The position numbers were made by a program, and so were the translations under genes. From NCBI GenBank assembly GCA_038087875.1, contig CM075988.1, positions 6,510,001 to 6,574,000 of the forward strand: a stretch of DNA of 64,000 bases, written 5' to 3'. Shown piece by piece: positions 51,467 to 63,050 of this stretch (its first letter is position 1; each line of letters starts with the position of its first letter). Under the pieces are notes generated by a model. It had not been told where the DNA came from, did not search any database, and worked only from the letters and a program-made list of their open reading frames with translations. This stretch comes from Malacoraja senta (lineage: Eukaryota).

Positions 51467-52139
51467 ATAACTGTTTAAAATAATAATTGTTTCTTCCACT
51501 CAAATTTGCAGCACAGATCAGGAGTTGTGAATATTTCCTTTACTTAATTGTTGAATGTAAAACAAAGGACACTAGTTTGCACCCAACTATTACAAGAAGA
51601 TCAGAAGGATGAAATAATAACCATCCTTGGAGAGCATTGCATGAAATTAGAACCTAAGCATTAACATCTATTTAAAGTTGATGGGTGGAAAACCAAGGAT
51701 CAGTGAACATATTCAGATTGCACTAAAAATAAGTAATTCCAAATAATTCTTGCTCATTTTACTCAATTATTTTGACATCATTACAAGCTGACCATGAACC
51801 ATGCATGGATCTATTGGGATAATTGGTGGATGTTTAATGTTTTACTCCATTTACACTTATTGGAGAAATCTGCATAAGTGTAAACAAATATGTTCATACA
51901 CATTCCAGTAATCTTTGCTCTCAAGCTTCCACCTATGTTTCCGGTTTAATGTCTTTTCAATTTCCCTTCCGATTCCCACACTGAACTGTGTGTCGGCTGA
52001 TCTATAATGTCACACATCTCTTTGCCTCAACAGATGCTGCTTGACCTGCTGAGTTCCTGTTTTTGCTACAGTCTCTTGTGTCTCAGTAGTAAAGAACGGT
52101 TTACAGAACTAATTATAGTCCATGCCACTGTCTTTGCAG

Positions 52140-52286
52140 GCTTAAGTGATTTCCAAGCACCCCGCCAGCGAGTAGTTACAATAGATGAAGGAAGCATGGG
52201 TATCATAGAATGTAATTTGCCCAACAGTAAACCCTCAGCACTCGTCCGTTACCGAGTGAGGGGAAAATGGCTTGAGCAATCTACAG
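52140..52286 (+). CDS. CDON: CDON exon, Ig domain 2 N-half
   Basis: tctttgcag acceptor, CAG|GTAAGT donor, 147 nt. Translates LSDFQ...GIIECNLPNSKPSALVRYRVRGKWLEQST. Confidence 0.95.
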
Positions 52287-52519
52287 GTAAGTGTAATTAG
52301 CCTTTGAGGTGAAGGTGTATCAAAACCATCACTTTTGCTAATAACTGCATTTCTTTTGGGGGAAAAAATTAATTTGGGTGTTGTAAGCAATTACTTTTGG
52401 ATGGTAATTGTCTTATATTGCTGTCCCAGGGTACATACTGCGTATATTTGGCACAGGATCTAATACTTCAGCTTGCCTTTGTTTAGAATTGAATTCTTTA
52501 CTGCGCCAATGTGAATCTT

Positions 52520-52922
52520 TACTTTAGTTTACTGTCATGTGTGCAGAGGTACAGAGAAAAGCTTTTTGTTATCCAGTCATTGAAAAGACTATATGTGATT
52601 GCAATTGAGTCATCCACAGCGTAGTTACAGGATAAAGGGAATAATGTATAGTGCAGGATAAAATCTGATTAAAGACAGTCCGATGGCCTCCAATGAGGTA
52701 GATGGTTGGTCAGATTGCTCTTTAGTTAGTGATAGGATGGTTTAGTTGCTTGATAGCAGGGAAGAAAATATCGCTGAATCTAGAGGTACATGTATGCGTT
52801 TTCACATGTCTGTACCTCTTGCCTGATGGGAGTGTGGAGAAGAGGGAATGAACAGGGTGAGACTCATCCTTGATTATGCTGGTGGCTTTGCCAAGGCAGC
52901 ATGAAGTGTAGATGGAGTCAAG
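52520..52922 (-). mobile_element. Rex1/Babar-like LINE 3' relic (related pieces near 9500, 15830-16480, 28840, 30200-30490, 61200)
   Basis: ctgtacctcttgcctgatgggagtgtggagaagagggaatgaacagggtgagac is the reverse of the typical HP.HSLF..LPSG.RYR C-terminus. tttactgtcatgtgt tail. Confidence 0.55.
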
Positions 52923-53526
52923 CTGCTCTCTGATTGTAGTTTGTCAGTCATATGTGTGTCAGTCACAGACATACATGCAGCTTAATGATGTTGCAACTTG
53001 AGGTAGGTAGAAAATAACCAATCACTTTTTATTAAGATACTTCACATCAATTAAAGATCAGTACTGTCTTTCAATAGCCCTGTTAAGTTTAACGGAAATA
53101 TTTTTTCGACCGATCATTTAATTCTTACAAACGAGATTCTGTTGTCTGCAAGACCTCTGGATGAGAGAAGCATTCCAATCTTCCTGCTCCTTATTCATGC
53201 TCTGTACATTTATAATGTGCATCCTGTACATGGCAGTAAAATAAAGCAATAAAGATTTGCCAGGATCTGCACAGAGCTGTTTGGGAGATATGCTGAGACA
53301 GTACACCCATTATGTTTAGCTGTAGAATTCAAAAGTGATTCCCTCAGAGGCGCTGAGAAGATTTAATATGATAAGGCTTATTCAAGAAGTAAGGTAACAG
53401 CATGATTAAATATAGATGTAAAATTATCTTTTAAAAGTGGCCAATGTGAATACGATGGACCTGAGCTGATGCTCCTGTCCCCAACTATTTTTGGCTCTCT
53501 TTCTCTTACATATTCTTGTTTTCCAG

Positions 53527-53670
53527 ATAATTACCTTATCCTTCCCTCTGGAAACCTACAAGTACTGAACGTCACATTGCAGGATAAAGGAACCTACAAG
53601 TGTGCAGCTTACAATCCAGTTACACACGAGATGAAAATGGAGCCCACTGGCCATAAATTGCTGGTTAGGC
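53527..53670 (+). CDS. CDON: CDON exon, Ig domain 2 C-half
   Basis: tttttccag acceptor, GTAAGT donor, 144 nt. Translates [48 protein letters not shown], highly characteristic of CDON/BOC. Confidence 0.96.
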
Positions 53671-54529
53671 GTAAGTGTCCAGACTAGAATTATTTTCTCG
53701 TTATACCTTGTCTAAATTATTGTTAGCTCGGTATTGCAAGTTCAGGGATCGCTTTAGCTCACTGCATCATGTTAAGGATATGAAAGGGTAGAGTTCCCCA
53801 AGTCCTCAACTTCCACCCCTCCAGCCTCCGCATCAAAGGACGTGAAACGGCCTGGTTTTGTAGGTGCTGTTGTAATTGTCCGAGAAACCTAAATAATGCA
53901 ATTAGTTAACTTTTGGCCTCGTTATCAGAGCTTTCAATATTGGATTATGAGTTTGAATACAACCAAAGCAATTACGAAGAAAGTCTCTTGTCTGCTTGCT
54001 GATATCTCTTTCAAGCATTGATTTTGGAGCAAAGCTGTCCTCATTTGATGGACATGTTGGCAGTGATGAGAAGCGACATTACATAATGTACAGTGGTAAA
54101 TAATATCATTGGGATTAAGGCATATTATTGAGTGGTAAGAGTGCTGATTTAGAAATGTTGGTTCTGATTTAACAGCAAAAGATAGAGCCTAAATCCACAG
54201 ATGTTATCTTTCAGTTTGAAGAGGAAATCTAAAGAACCGTAGCCATGCAAAACATCTGCATTCTGTGTTCCACTTTTTTGATTCTCTGCTCCTCGAGGCA
54301 CTGCCTCAAATTGCAAGTTTGGTTTTGGAAGCTCTGGCAACCCTCCTGCATTCACTTCAGTGCTTATTATTTGTGCCTAACCAGAGCCAACTGGCAGAAC
54401 ATTTCAAGCAATTTAGTTCACGTCCAATTCTTACATTTCTGAGCTTGAAATGCAATCAGAAGTGACATTTTATATTAGTTGGATCAGTAAAGGTAAATTA
54501 TAACCGCTTTCTGTCCTCAAGTTGGAGAG

Positions 54530-55370
54530 CTACACAGTACAGAAACCGGCCCTTTGGCGCAACTTCTGCATGCCAACTGAGTTGCCGACCCGAGCTATTT
54601 CCAGTTGCCTGCACCTGCTGCATCTCCCTCCAAATCTGTCGTGCCCATATTCCTGTTGTGTGTCTTATAAATGTCATAATTGAACCCGCCTCTACTGCAT
54701 CCTCAGGCTGCTCGTTCCAAATGCACACTGCGCTCTTTTGTTGTGTCCAGAATCTGCGCGGACAAATGAACTTCAATCTTTTAAGTGATATTTCTTTTTA
54801 AAGAGTTCAGCTGTTGCACACACATTAACCAAAACGTGAACTATTTCCTGCACATTAAAATCAACTCCTTACCTATTGAACTTTGGATTACAAGACTAAT
54901 GGTCCTCAACCATATAAGTATAGTTGTAGAGCATAAAAGCAGGCCCATCGGCCCATGATTTCCCATCCATGCTAGTCCCATTTGTGCATGCCTGGCCCAT
55001 TCTAAACCTTTCCTAAACATGTACCTGTCCAAATGTCTTATAAATGTTCTTATTGTGCCTGGGTCAGCTACTTCATCTGGCAGCTTGTTCCATTTTCCCA
55101 CCACTGTCTATGTGGGAAAAGTTGCCCCTCGGGTTTCGATTTAATCATTTCCTCCCCCCCCCCGCCTTAAAACTATGCCCTCTGGTTCTTGATTCTACTA
55201 CTCTGGCGGAAAAAGATACTCTGCATTTTTTTCCCTATTCCTTCATAATTGTATACACACAATAGCATCACCCTTTGCCTTCTAAGAATAAAGTCCTAGC
55301 TACCACAACCTTTCCCGATAGCTCAGGCCCTCAAGTCCTGACAACATCCATGTAAATATTCTCTGCACAT
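54530..55370 (-). mobile_element. Two CR1 3' fragments (about 54530-54780 and 54930-55370)
   Basis: Translate WNEQPEDAVEAGSIMTF and KWNKLPDEVADPGTIRTFIRHLDRYM on the - strand. Confidence 0.75.
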
Positions 55371-55599
55371 AGATAATGTAGCTCTGTGGCTCCACTTCAT
55401 TTGCCTGTATTTGTTTGGGTAGCAAAGTCTGCACCCAGTTTGATATCTGTGCAAAGATAGACATAAAGTGCTGGAATAACTCAGTAAGTCAGGCATGTTG
55501 CTATTAGGCAATAAAATGGGATAAGCTACCAAATCCACATTTTCATTCACTTTTTTGAATTTTGTTGACAATTGTGCTTTAAACATTGATTTTCTCCAT

Positions 55600-55862
55600 G
55601 TTTAGTTTAGAGATACAGAGCAGAAACAGGCCCTTCGGCCCACAGAATCTGCGCTGACTAGCAATCACCCCGTGCACTCGCACTATCCTACACACTAGGG
55701 ACAATGTACAATTTTTACCAATGCCAATTAACGTACAAATCTGTATGATTTTGGAGTGTGGGAGGAAACCTACAAGGTCAAGGGGAGAACGTACAAACTC
55801 TACAGTCAGGATCAAACCCAGGTGGCGCTGGAAGGCAGCAACTCTACCGCTGTGCCACCTTG
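55600..55862 (-). mobile_element. V-type tRNA SINE
   Basis: tttagtttagagatacag...ggcagcaactctaccgctgtgccacc. Confidence 0.82.
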
Positions 55863-56607
55863 TCGTCTGTTAAGCTCACTCAACTTTCTGGAACATAAGC
55901 ATTTCATTCTAGTGCACTGGAAGACAGCTGTATCACACTTCAACAAAAATATGGATGATTTACAAAAATAACCTGTCCTTCCTCCGTTAATCTCTAATCA
56001 AAATGTGTGCCTTTAAACTTTCTTAGAACTTGTTTGATGAAAGCAGTCTAAATGAGGGCCTAAATCTTGTTTTTCTAACGCATCATTTTATTTTTTTAGT
56101 AAGGTGATATCACATTGTTTATCTGTCTTGCAGATATACTGTTATCTGATATCCTATGCTCAGATGGGTTTATGAAAGGAGCCTTCGTTTCATATCTGTT
56201 GACTCCTGGCCCTCATCTAACCTGAACTTCCTCCAGAGATTTTTCATTCATTTCTCTTTCATTCATATGTGATTCTGTTCACTCACTTCAATTTTTCTGT
56301 GAGATTTCGCACTTAATTTCCTGTGACTTTATTTTCCCCACAGTAGTTCTTCTAGTTTAGTCATCAATTATTTTGCACCCCAAAGCTTACTTTCCATTGG
56401 TCCATTCCATTCCATCTCCTGTCACCATTTGGTACAGCCATTTTGTCTTATCAGCAGTTTATTTTTAATCCGTTTTTTGTTTTGTTTTTTGCTTTACTTG
56501 ACTTGCCCATTGTACTGTGATATTTAGTATGTGTATGTTCTTTTGGTCCAGCTGTTTTGAGATTACTTAAAATTGTATAACTTGATTTCTCCCATCTTCC
56601 CCTGTAG

Positions 56608-56913
56608 GTTCTGGATCCACTGTAGGTTCTGGATCCAACCCTGCGCACATCATCTACCCCACAGTCCCACAGAATGTAACAGTGATTCAGCACAGTCCAC
56701 TGATTCTGGAATGCGTTGCAAGTGGAGTTCCAACTCCACACATTCGATGGCTGAAAAATGGTGTGAACGTGTCTGGGAGCAAAAGGTTAAGACTCTTTCA
56801 CGGTAACCTGGTTATTGATCAAGCTGGAGCAAAAGATGCTGGGAGTTATTTGTGTATTGCTGGAAATGGAGAGGGTGAACCGGTATCTGCAAACTACACA
56901 GTCATTGTTCATG
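56608..56913 (+). CDS. CDON: CDON exon, Ig domain 3 (alternative in-frame acceptor at 56626)
   Basis: cccatcttcccctgtag acceptor, ATG|GTGAGT donor. Translates ...HIIYPTVPQNVTVIQHSPLILECVASGVPTPHIRWLKNG...DAGSYLCIAGN. 306 nt, or 288 nt from the second acceptor. Confidence 0.93.
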
Positions 56914-57007
56914 GTGAGTGAATTTCTTTACCAAATTAGACATTTTGAATGCCCGTAAACTTTGCAAAAACAATATACTTGAATGTAAACTGTTATTATT
57001 TTCGTAG

Positions 57008-57277
57008 AGCCTGCAACAATAGTCAAAGGATTGCAAGAACTGACTCTACCTGTGGGATCCACAGCGATTTTAACTTGTGATTTTCATGGAAATCCTTTGC
57101 CGAATATCACTTGGTACCACAACGCAGCCATTATCCAAGATGGCCTTCGGCACTTTCTCTCTGGGAACAGAGTGAAGATTGTGGAACTAAATATAGAGGA
57201 TGCAGGAATGTATCAGTGCATGGTGGAAAATGGCTTTGGTTCTATGCAATCATCAGTGCGGCTCATAGTACAAACAG
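57008..57277 (+). CDS. CDON: CDON exon, Ig domain 4
   Basis: ttttcgtag acceptor, CAG|GTACAC donor, 270 nt. Translates EPATIVKGLQ...LTCDFHGNPLPNITWYHNA...EDAGMYQCMVENGFG. Confidence 0.95.
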
Positions 57278-57829
57278 GTACACAAGCTTTTTAATGGAGA
57301 CTTCCCACCCCAAATATCAACCTAATTTTCAGTTTAAATTGCATAGTATATTTAAAAATGAGAATCCGTAAAGGTTGTTTGTACATTAGCACAACTATGG
57401 AATAGCAAGTATCTGGCCAAAAATGTGTGGATTAAGTGCTTACTGTGAACTTGAGAAAAAATGATGAACATCATCAATTTTAGTAAAGTAAATGGACATC
57501 AATATTGTATCCAGGCTCCTTGGGATTTATGTGTGTTTAATTTATGCATTATTGAAATAATGTGCTTGTTTAATTAATACCAAAACCTAATTTACACGCT
57601 GTATTTTTGAAATAACATGCTCAAATTTATGCCTATGATTAATTTGCACGTTATGAATAGTGCTGCTTTTCAGGAACTTAAGCCCCTGCGTAAACGTAAG
57701 GTGCCTGCACTTTGAAATACCCACAATGCAATGTCTGCTCTGCATTTTGTTGGGATGAGAACCCAAAAGTTCTGTAAATGTTCTGGACATCAGTCTTTCC
57801 TGGACTTCAAAAGAATTATTGATTGTTCA

Positions 57830-58122
57830 GTTTGGTTTAGAGATACAACGCGGAAACAGGCCCTTCGGCCCACCAAGTCTGCACCGATCAGCAATCCCCG
57901 CAAATTCACACCATCCTACATGCACACTAGGGACAATTTTACATTTATACCAAGCCAATTAACCTGCAAACCTGTACTTCTTTGGAGTGTGGGAGGAAAC
58001 CGTATATCTCGGAGAAAACCCACGCAGTCGCGGGGAGAATGTGCAAACTCCGTACAGACAGCATCTGTAGTCGGGATCGAACTCTGGCGCTGTACGACAG
58101 CAACTGTGCCACAGTGCCGCCC
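57830..58122 (-). mobile_element. V-type tRNA SINE
   Basis: tttagagatacaacgcggaaacaggcccttcggccc...cacagtgccgccc. Confidence 0.82.
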
Positions 58123-58506
58123 CTTTGTGTTGTTTGAGAAGTATTGGCGAATTATGTGTGGCTCTGTTCTCTCGCACAACTTCTCCAGCTAAATCACCAT
58201 TATTAGACCTCCTTCAAAAAACATACTCTTTGTTTCCTTCTCTCCAACTGCAACATGATCGCCAGAAATCTTAGTAGATTTCGTTGTTCCATAATTACAT
58301 TCTCATTTCTTGCTACCATCTGTTTCCTTTTGTATTTCTTGGCACCTATCTTTGTCCCTGCTTTGTAAAATCTTTACATGCTCCTATACTTGATTACTAA
58401 TAACATTCTCATTACTTTGTATGATACTAAATTATACAGAAAGATTCCATGCTGAAATTGGCTTTTGCTTAGTTAATTGTACTCGCCTGGAATGCAGTGC
58501 AATAAC

Positions 58507-59548
58507 TAGCAATGTTACAAAATTTTGAGATTTAAAAAATAAAGTCTGCAATTTATCCCATCAGATAAAGCATAAAAAGAAGTTTAATTTGACACCTAAT
58601 TCACTTTCATATCTTCAGTATTAAAGAAGTTATGGCCATTTTCATACTCGGAAATTAGCATCTTGTTCCATATTGCTTTTCCATTGACTTAACACAAAAG
58701 CTGTGATCGAGGACAGTCAAAAGCCCATAACTTTCTTAAAAATTAAGATAACTGAAAGAAATTTTCAGTTATTATAGATTGAAGCATTCTGAAACAAATA
58801 TGAAACAATCTTACTTAGAAGACATGAAAGTAAAGCATATAATTAGTTAGTTACCTAATTGTAGCTAATTACAAAATTCAATTACTAGATCTAAACATCT
58901 ATCAATTTCTTAAGAATAGATTAACATTTTTAAATAGCCTAAGTGTCCAAATAACATTCACACAATAATTCACAATATAACATAATTTTTAAATCTCATT
59001 TTCATGAATTTACAGGCCAAATGGAAGGAATTGAATGTTTAATACCTGTAAATTAATGGGGATTTAATTCATCTTGTGAGTGAGAATTTCTGGAACGCGA
59101 TCTTTTGGAACGTTCATTTGCGGTGAATTTAACCCCGTATTGGCATGAAAAATTCTGCCGTTAATTCGGGGAATAAAATCACCGCGTCGCATGAAAAAAT
59201 GTGAATTAAAGGCTTCTTAAGAAGCACTTTTATACATTTAAAGAAAGCACTTTCGTTTACCTGTCCCGTGTGTGAAATCCGTCCCCGTTATCGGCGTTGA
59301 CGCTTCAGGAGCTGCTTTTAAAATAACTCTAGCGCTGACATTGACGATTTAATAAAAATAAAAAACACACAAAACGCCGGTAGGAACGATTCATCAGCCA
59401 GCGCTTGTACCCCAACAAAATATTAACTAGGACAAGGAAGGAGAAACCCGCGTTTTAACCCCGCCCCCCCCTTAAAGGCGCCAAAATCGCGCATACGGCC
59501 AGTGGCATAATTACAGCGCGGCTGAAGGTAAGTTTTGTAACATACCTA
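58507..59548. mobile_element. 1042-bp non-autonomous DNA transposon, TAG termini, 7-bp TSD (hAT-like)
   Basis: TIRs TAGCAATGTTACAAAA / TTTTGTAACATACCTA (14/16 match). CAATAAC direct repeat at 58500-58506 and 59549-59555. No ORF. Confidence 0.85.
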
Positions 59549-59837
59549 CAATAACTTAGTTATGTAATGTTATGTAACTATGTGTTGATAACTTCATGTT
59601 GACCGAATGATGGGGGAATTTCCTTGTATACGTTTCCCAGTACTGACCACTGGAACGTGCATGTGTTGTCATTAGGCAATGTTAGAATTGACGTGGTAGG
59701 GATCTTCCTTTCTCATAAAGGAACAAGAACGTGGTAATGTTAAATGACAGGGCTGGGTCGTATTGTATTATGGCAATGTATGAAATTTGAGATTGAAAAA
59801 AACATTTATTTCAGAGTGTGCTTTATTTTTCTTACAG

Positions 59838-60191
59838 ATAGAGACACAAAGCCTGTGATTATCGCCCCACCCCCCAATATAAGAGTGACTGAAGGAGATT
59901 TTGTTATACTAACTTGCAATGCCACTGGACAGCCCACACCCATTATCCGCTGGTTTGATCGTCACGGACTGATTAGCAGCCATCCTTCTCACATTCTTCG
60001 GTCAAAATCCAGGAATTCTCAACTATTTGGTGCAGGCAGTACAAACTCCAACACACCTCGCCTCACTGTGTCCAGAGCCGGATCAAGCTCTCTTTACATA
60101 CGCACAGCGTCATTAGAAAGTTCTGGGCAATACATCTGTGAAGCTTCCAACAAAATGGGTTCGGTACAAGCAGAAGCCTTCCTCTCAGTTG
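59838..60191 (+). CDS. CDON: CDON exon, Ig domain 5 (five Ig domains distinguish CDON from four-Ig BOC)
   Basis: tttttcttacag acceptor, TTG|GTAAGC donor, 354 nt. Translates KPVIIAPP...GDFVILTCNATGQPTPIIRWFDRHGLISSHPSHILRSKSR...GQYICEASN, including the CDON-type SHPS.(V/I)LRSKSR insert. Confidence 0.95.
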
Positions 60192-62599
60192 GTAAGCATC
60201 AATTTCTGTTTGAGGCCATTCAGATCATACATTGACATGTATTGTGATCATTTGATATGTCTCCTAAGCATTGTCTCTTGGTTTATATTTTATTAACATG
60301 TTACTGAAAAGGTAGCTGCTCAAAGAAACAATTTGCAGCTCATAAGAGTCATACGTGGAAACAGGCCTTTTGGACCAAGCTTTCTGCCCTCAACTTGAAC
60401 CTATTGCGGAGATATTTCTGTTCGTAGTAACTTGGTGGAAAGTTAACAGTCTGGCTTACTTCTAATGCAGACTTCTCAAGAAATAATTCTGAATAGCATG
60501 TATTCAATTGTACCTTTTCCCTAAAACAACACTGAGTCTAAGGAAACTAGTGGTCTGTATTCTACAGTCACTTTAAATATATGTTGTCTAATTGGCATGC
60601 AGCATACTGTCATTACTGAGCCATGGTTGATGATTTTTGTTCATAAAAGCTTCTGCTACTTTTGCTTCACTTCATGTAGTCCCTATGGATCAAGGTTCAC
60701 TTTCTTCACTTGTTTTGTGGATTCTGAGGTGCCTGATGAAGCCTATGTGGGAACCACAGTTAGGCTAGGAGGTGTCTATTGGAGCAGGGGCTGGCTAATT
60801 TATGGTGTGATATGATTTGACGCGGTGCTTCTGTATGCTCTTGATGCATGGATACCATCCTTAATGTTGCTCCTCCATCATGAACAGTCATAGAGTCATA
60901 CAGCATGGAAACAGGCCTTTGGCCCAACTTGTCCACACCGACCAATATGCCCCATCTATACTAGTTCCACTTGCCTGCCTTTGGAGCATAGATCTCTCTG
61001 GCCCATATCCAGACATGCGTCACATTTTCCCGAGCATCAGTAGGGTTGTACTATTTCTTTATGGGGCATTTGAGCACATCCTTGAATGTTTCTGTTTGTT
61101 CCTTTGCAGATCTCTTCCCATAATGGAACTCGGAATAAAGTCAGAACATCCATTTTTTTATCAATATAATTAATAAGAGCAAGCTGTGCCATATTAGATG
61201 GTATTGGTTTATTTTTGTTATGTGTCCGAGTTATAGTATAGAAAACTTTGTTTTGTATGCAATCCAGTACAAGCCATCCATATGATTTCAATCAAACCAT
61301 GCAGAATATACTGTTACAACTACAGAGTGTGCAGATAAAAGAAAAAGAGCCAGGGGCGCAGCGACGGAGATTGGGGTTCGGAAATGCATACTTTTAGGGT
61401 GCTTCAGTTATCTAAGTGTGGGTGTGATTATGCACACAATGCACCTTTCAATGATCCATACCAAGATCAATTTTGAAGATCATACTTCAAGCTGATTGCC
61501 ATTCTAGTGGAATACTGAAGAGTAAGCAGGTCTTTTTTCATCTGAGTGAGACCAAAGTAAATCAGGACCTTGTCAGTCTGTCCAAACCTCTCATAGACTC
61601 ATTTAGTTACTAGCCTCATTTTCTCTCCTAACTAACATCAATTGCTGTGATCACATGGGTTTGAAAATGACAGCTCAACTGTTGAAGCCTGTAATAGCTT
61701 TAAGACTGCTGTCATTCCAGGGTTGTCTTTCCCAATTTCCCGCTCACCAGACCCGGGTTTTGGTTGGAGAGAGCTATTATCCGTTCAAGATTGGAACTTG
61801 ATCTTGTGGATGAATTGTCAGCAGTTCTGGTGTGCATTTGTATGGTGCTGACTATCCACTCCCAACCCCTACCTCCCCATATATTAATGCTGCAGTCCTA
61901 GCTCATCTCTTTAGCTGAGAAACTTAACAGTTTGGTTTACTTTACACAAATCAATTTTTCTCTATTTTAATATCAGACGATGCTAACGCTGAAAGGCTGA
62001 ATAATAATGGTACTTAATTCATAGCTTCCTTAATAATGAAAATCATTTTCTATAGCTCAAGACTGTATATAAAAATGTCAATGAAAGATCACCCAGTGCT
62101 ATTAAAGATGCGATTAACCTCCTTTTCCATCCCCCACCCCCTCCCTCTCCCAACCTTTGATTGTGTGTAGAGGGCACATTTTTATATGATGCATAGGAAT
62201 GCTAGTATAATTAGCGGATGCACTGTGAAATGATGGGCTGGACATTTCACACAGTATAATCTTTATTGCTTCAGTAGCTTATTTTTCTTGCATGCATCAA
62301 AGAGCCCCAATGACCATTATTGTGGAATCGAACTTATGTCATCAAGAAATGGATACATCATATTAAATATTTCCAGTGTCAATTTCCCAGTGTAGAATTT
62401 TAATGTTGCATGTTGGAGGGCAAGTTCATGAAATGCAATAAATATAGGTTTTTAGATCAGTCTGACAATCAGGAAATGGGCTATTTTAGCTCCAGGACTG
62501 TGCAGTTATACATAATGACCCTATTGGAAGGGGACCTCTGTTAAAGTAATTGACCTTATGGAATTTTGTATTCATTTCATAGCTAATTCAAACCAATGC

Positions 62600-63050
62600 A
62601 AAACACAAAATGCTGGAGTAACTCAGCGAGTCAGACAGCATCCCTGGAGAACATGGGTAGGCGATGTTTTGGGTTGGGACCCTTCTTCAGACTGTGGGAG
62701 GGGGGTGGGGGTGGGGTTAAAGTAAGCTAGAAGGGTCTATCCCATCTGCAATCTAACGCCCCCCCCCCCCCCCCCAATCAGTCTGAAGAAGGTTCCCGAC
62801 CCAAAACATCATGTATCCATGAAGACACAAAATTCTGGAGTAAATCAGCAGGCCAGGCAACATCTCTGGAGAAAAGGAATAGATGATGTTTGTGGTCAAA
62901 ACTCTTCTTCAGACACCGAGTCGGGGAAGGAAACCGGACACAAAACGGTTCAGAACTGCATCTGCAGTTCCTTCTTACACATCATCTATCCATGTTCTCC
63001 AGAGATGCTGCCTGACCTGCTGAGTTATTCCAGCACTTTGTCTTTTTTTG
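62600..63050. mobile_element. Cluster of inverted and nested Penelope-like terminal remnants
   Basis: Minus copy, then a plus copy (ctgaaga at 62783) interrupted by another copy flanked by ACATCAT(G/C)TATCCATG. Confidence 0.75.

Noticed and set aside
49845-60191. Assignment as BOC, ROBO or DSCAM
   Set aside because: Five Ig domains including the CDON-type Ig5 insert, plus a CDON-like signal peptide; BOC has four Ig domains.
60192-60235. Secreted Ig-only isoform by read-through of the Ig5 donor
   Set aside because: A short open read-through is expected by chance; the donor is good and there is no supporting evidence.
60680-60768. Next CDON exon (acceptor catgtag then VPMDQG...)
   Set aside because: The initial VP matches the expected junction, but the frame stops after about 29 codons with no FnIII motif or strong donor; probably coincidental.
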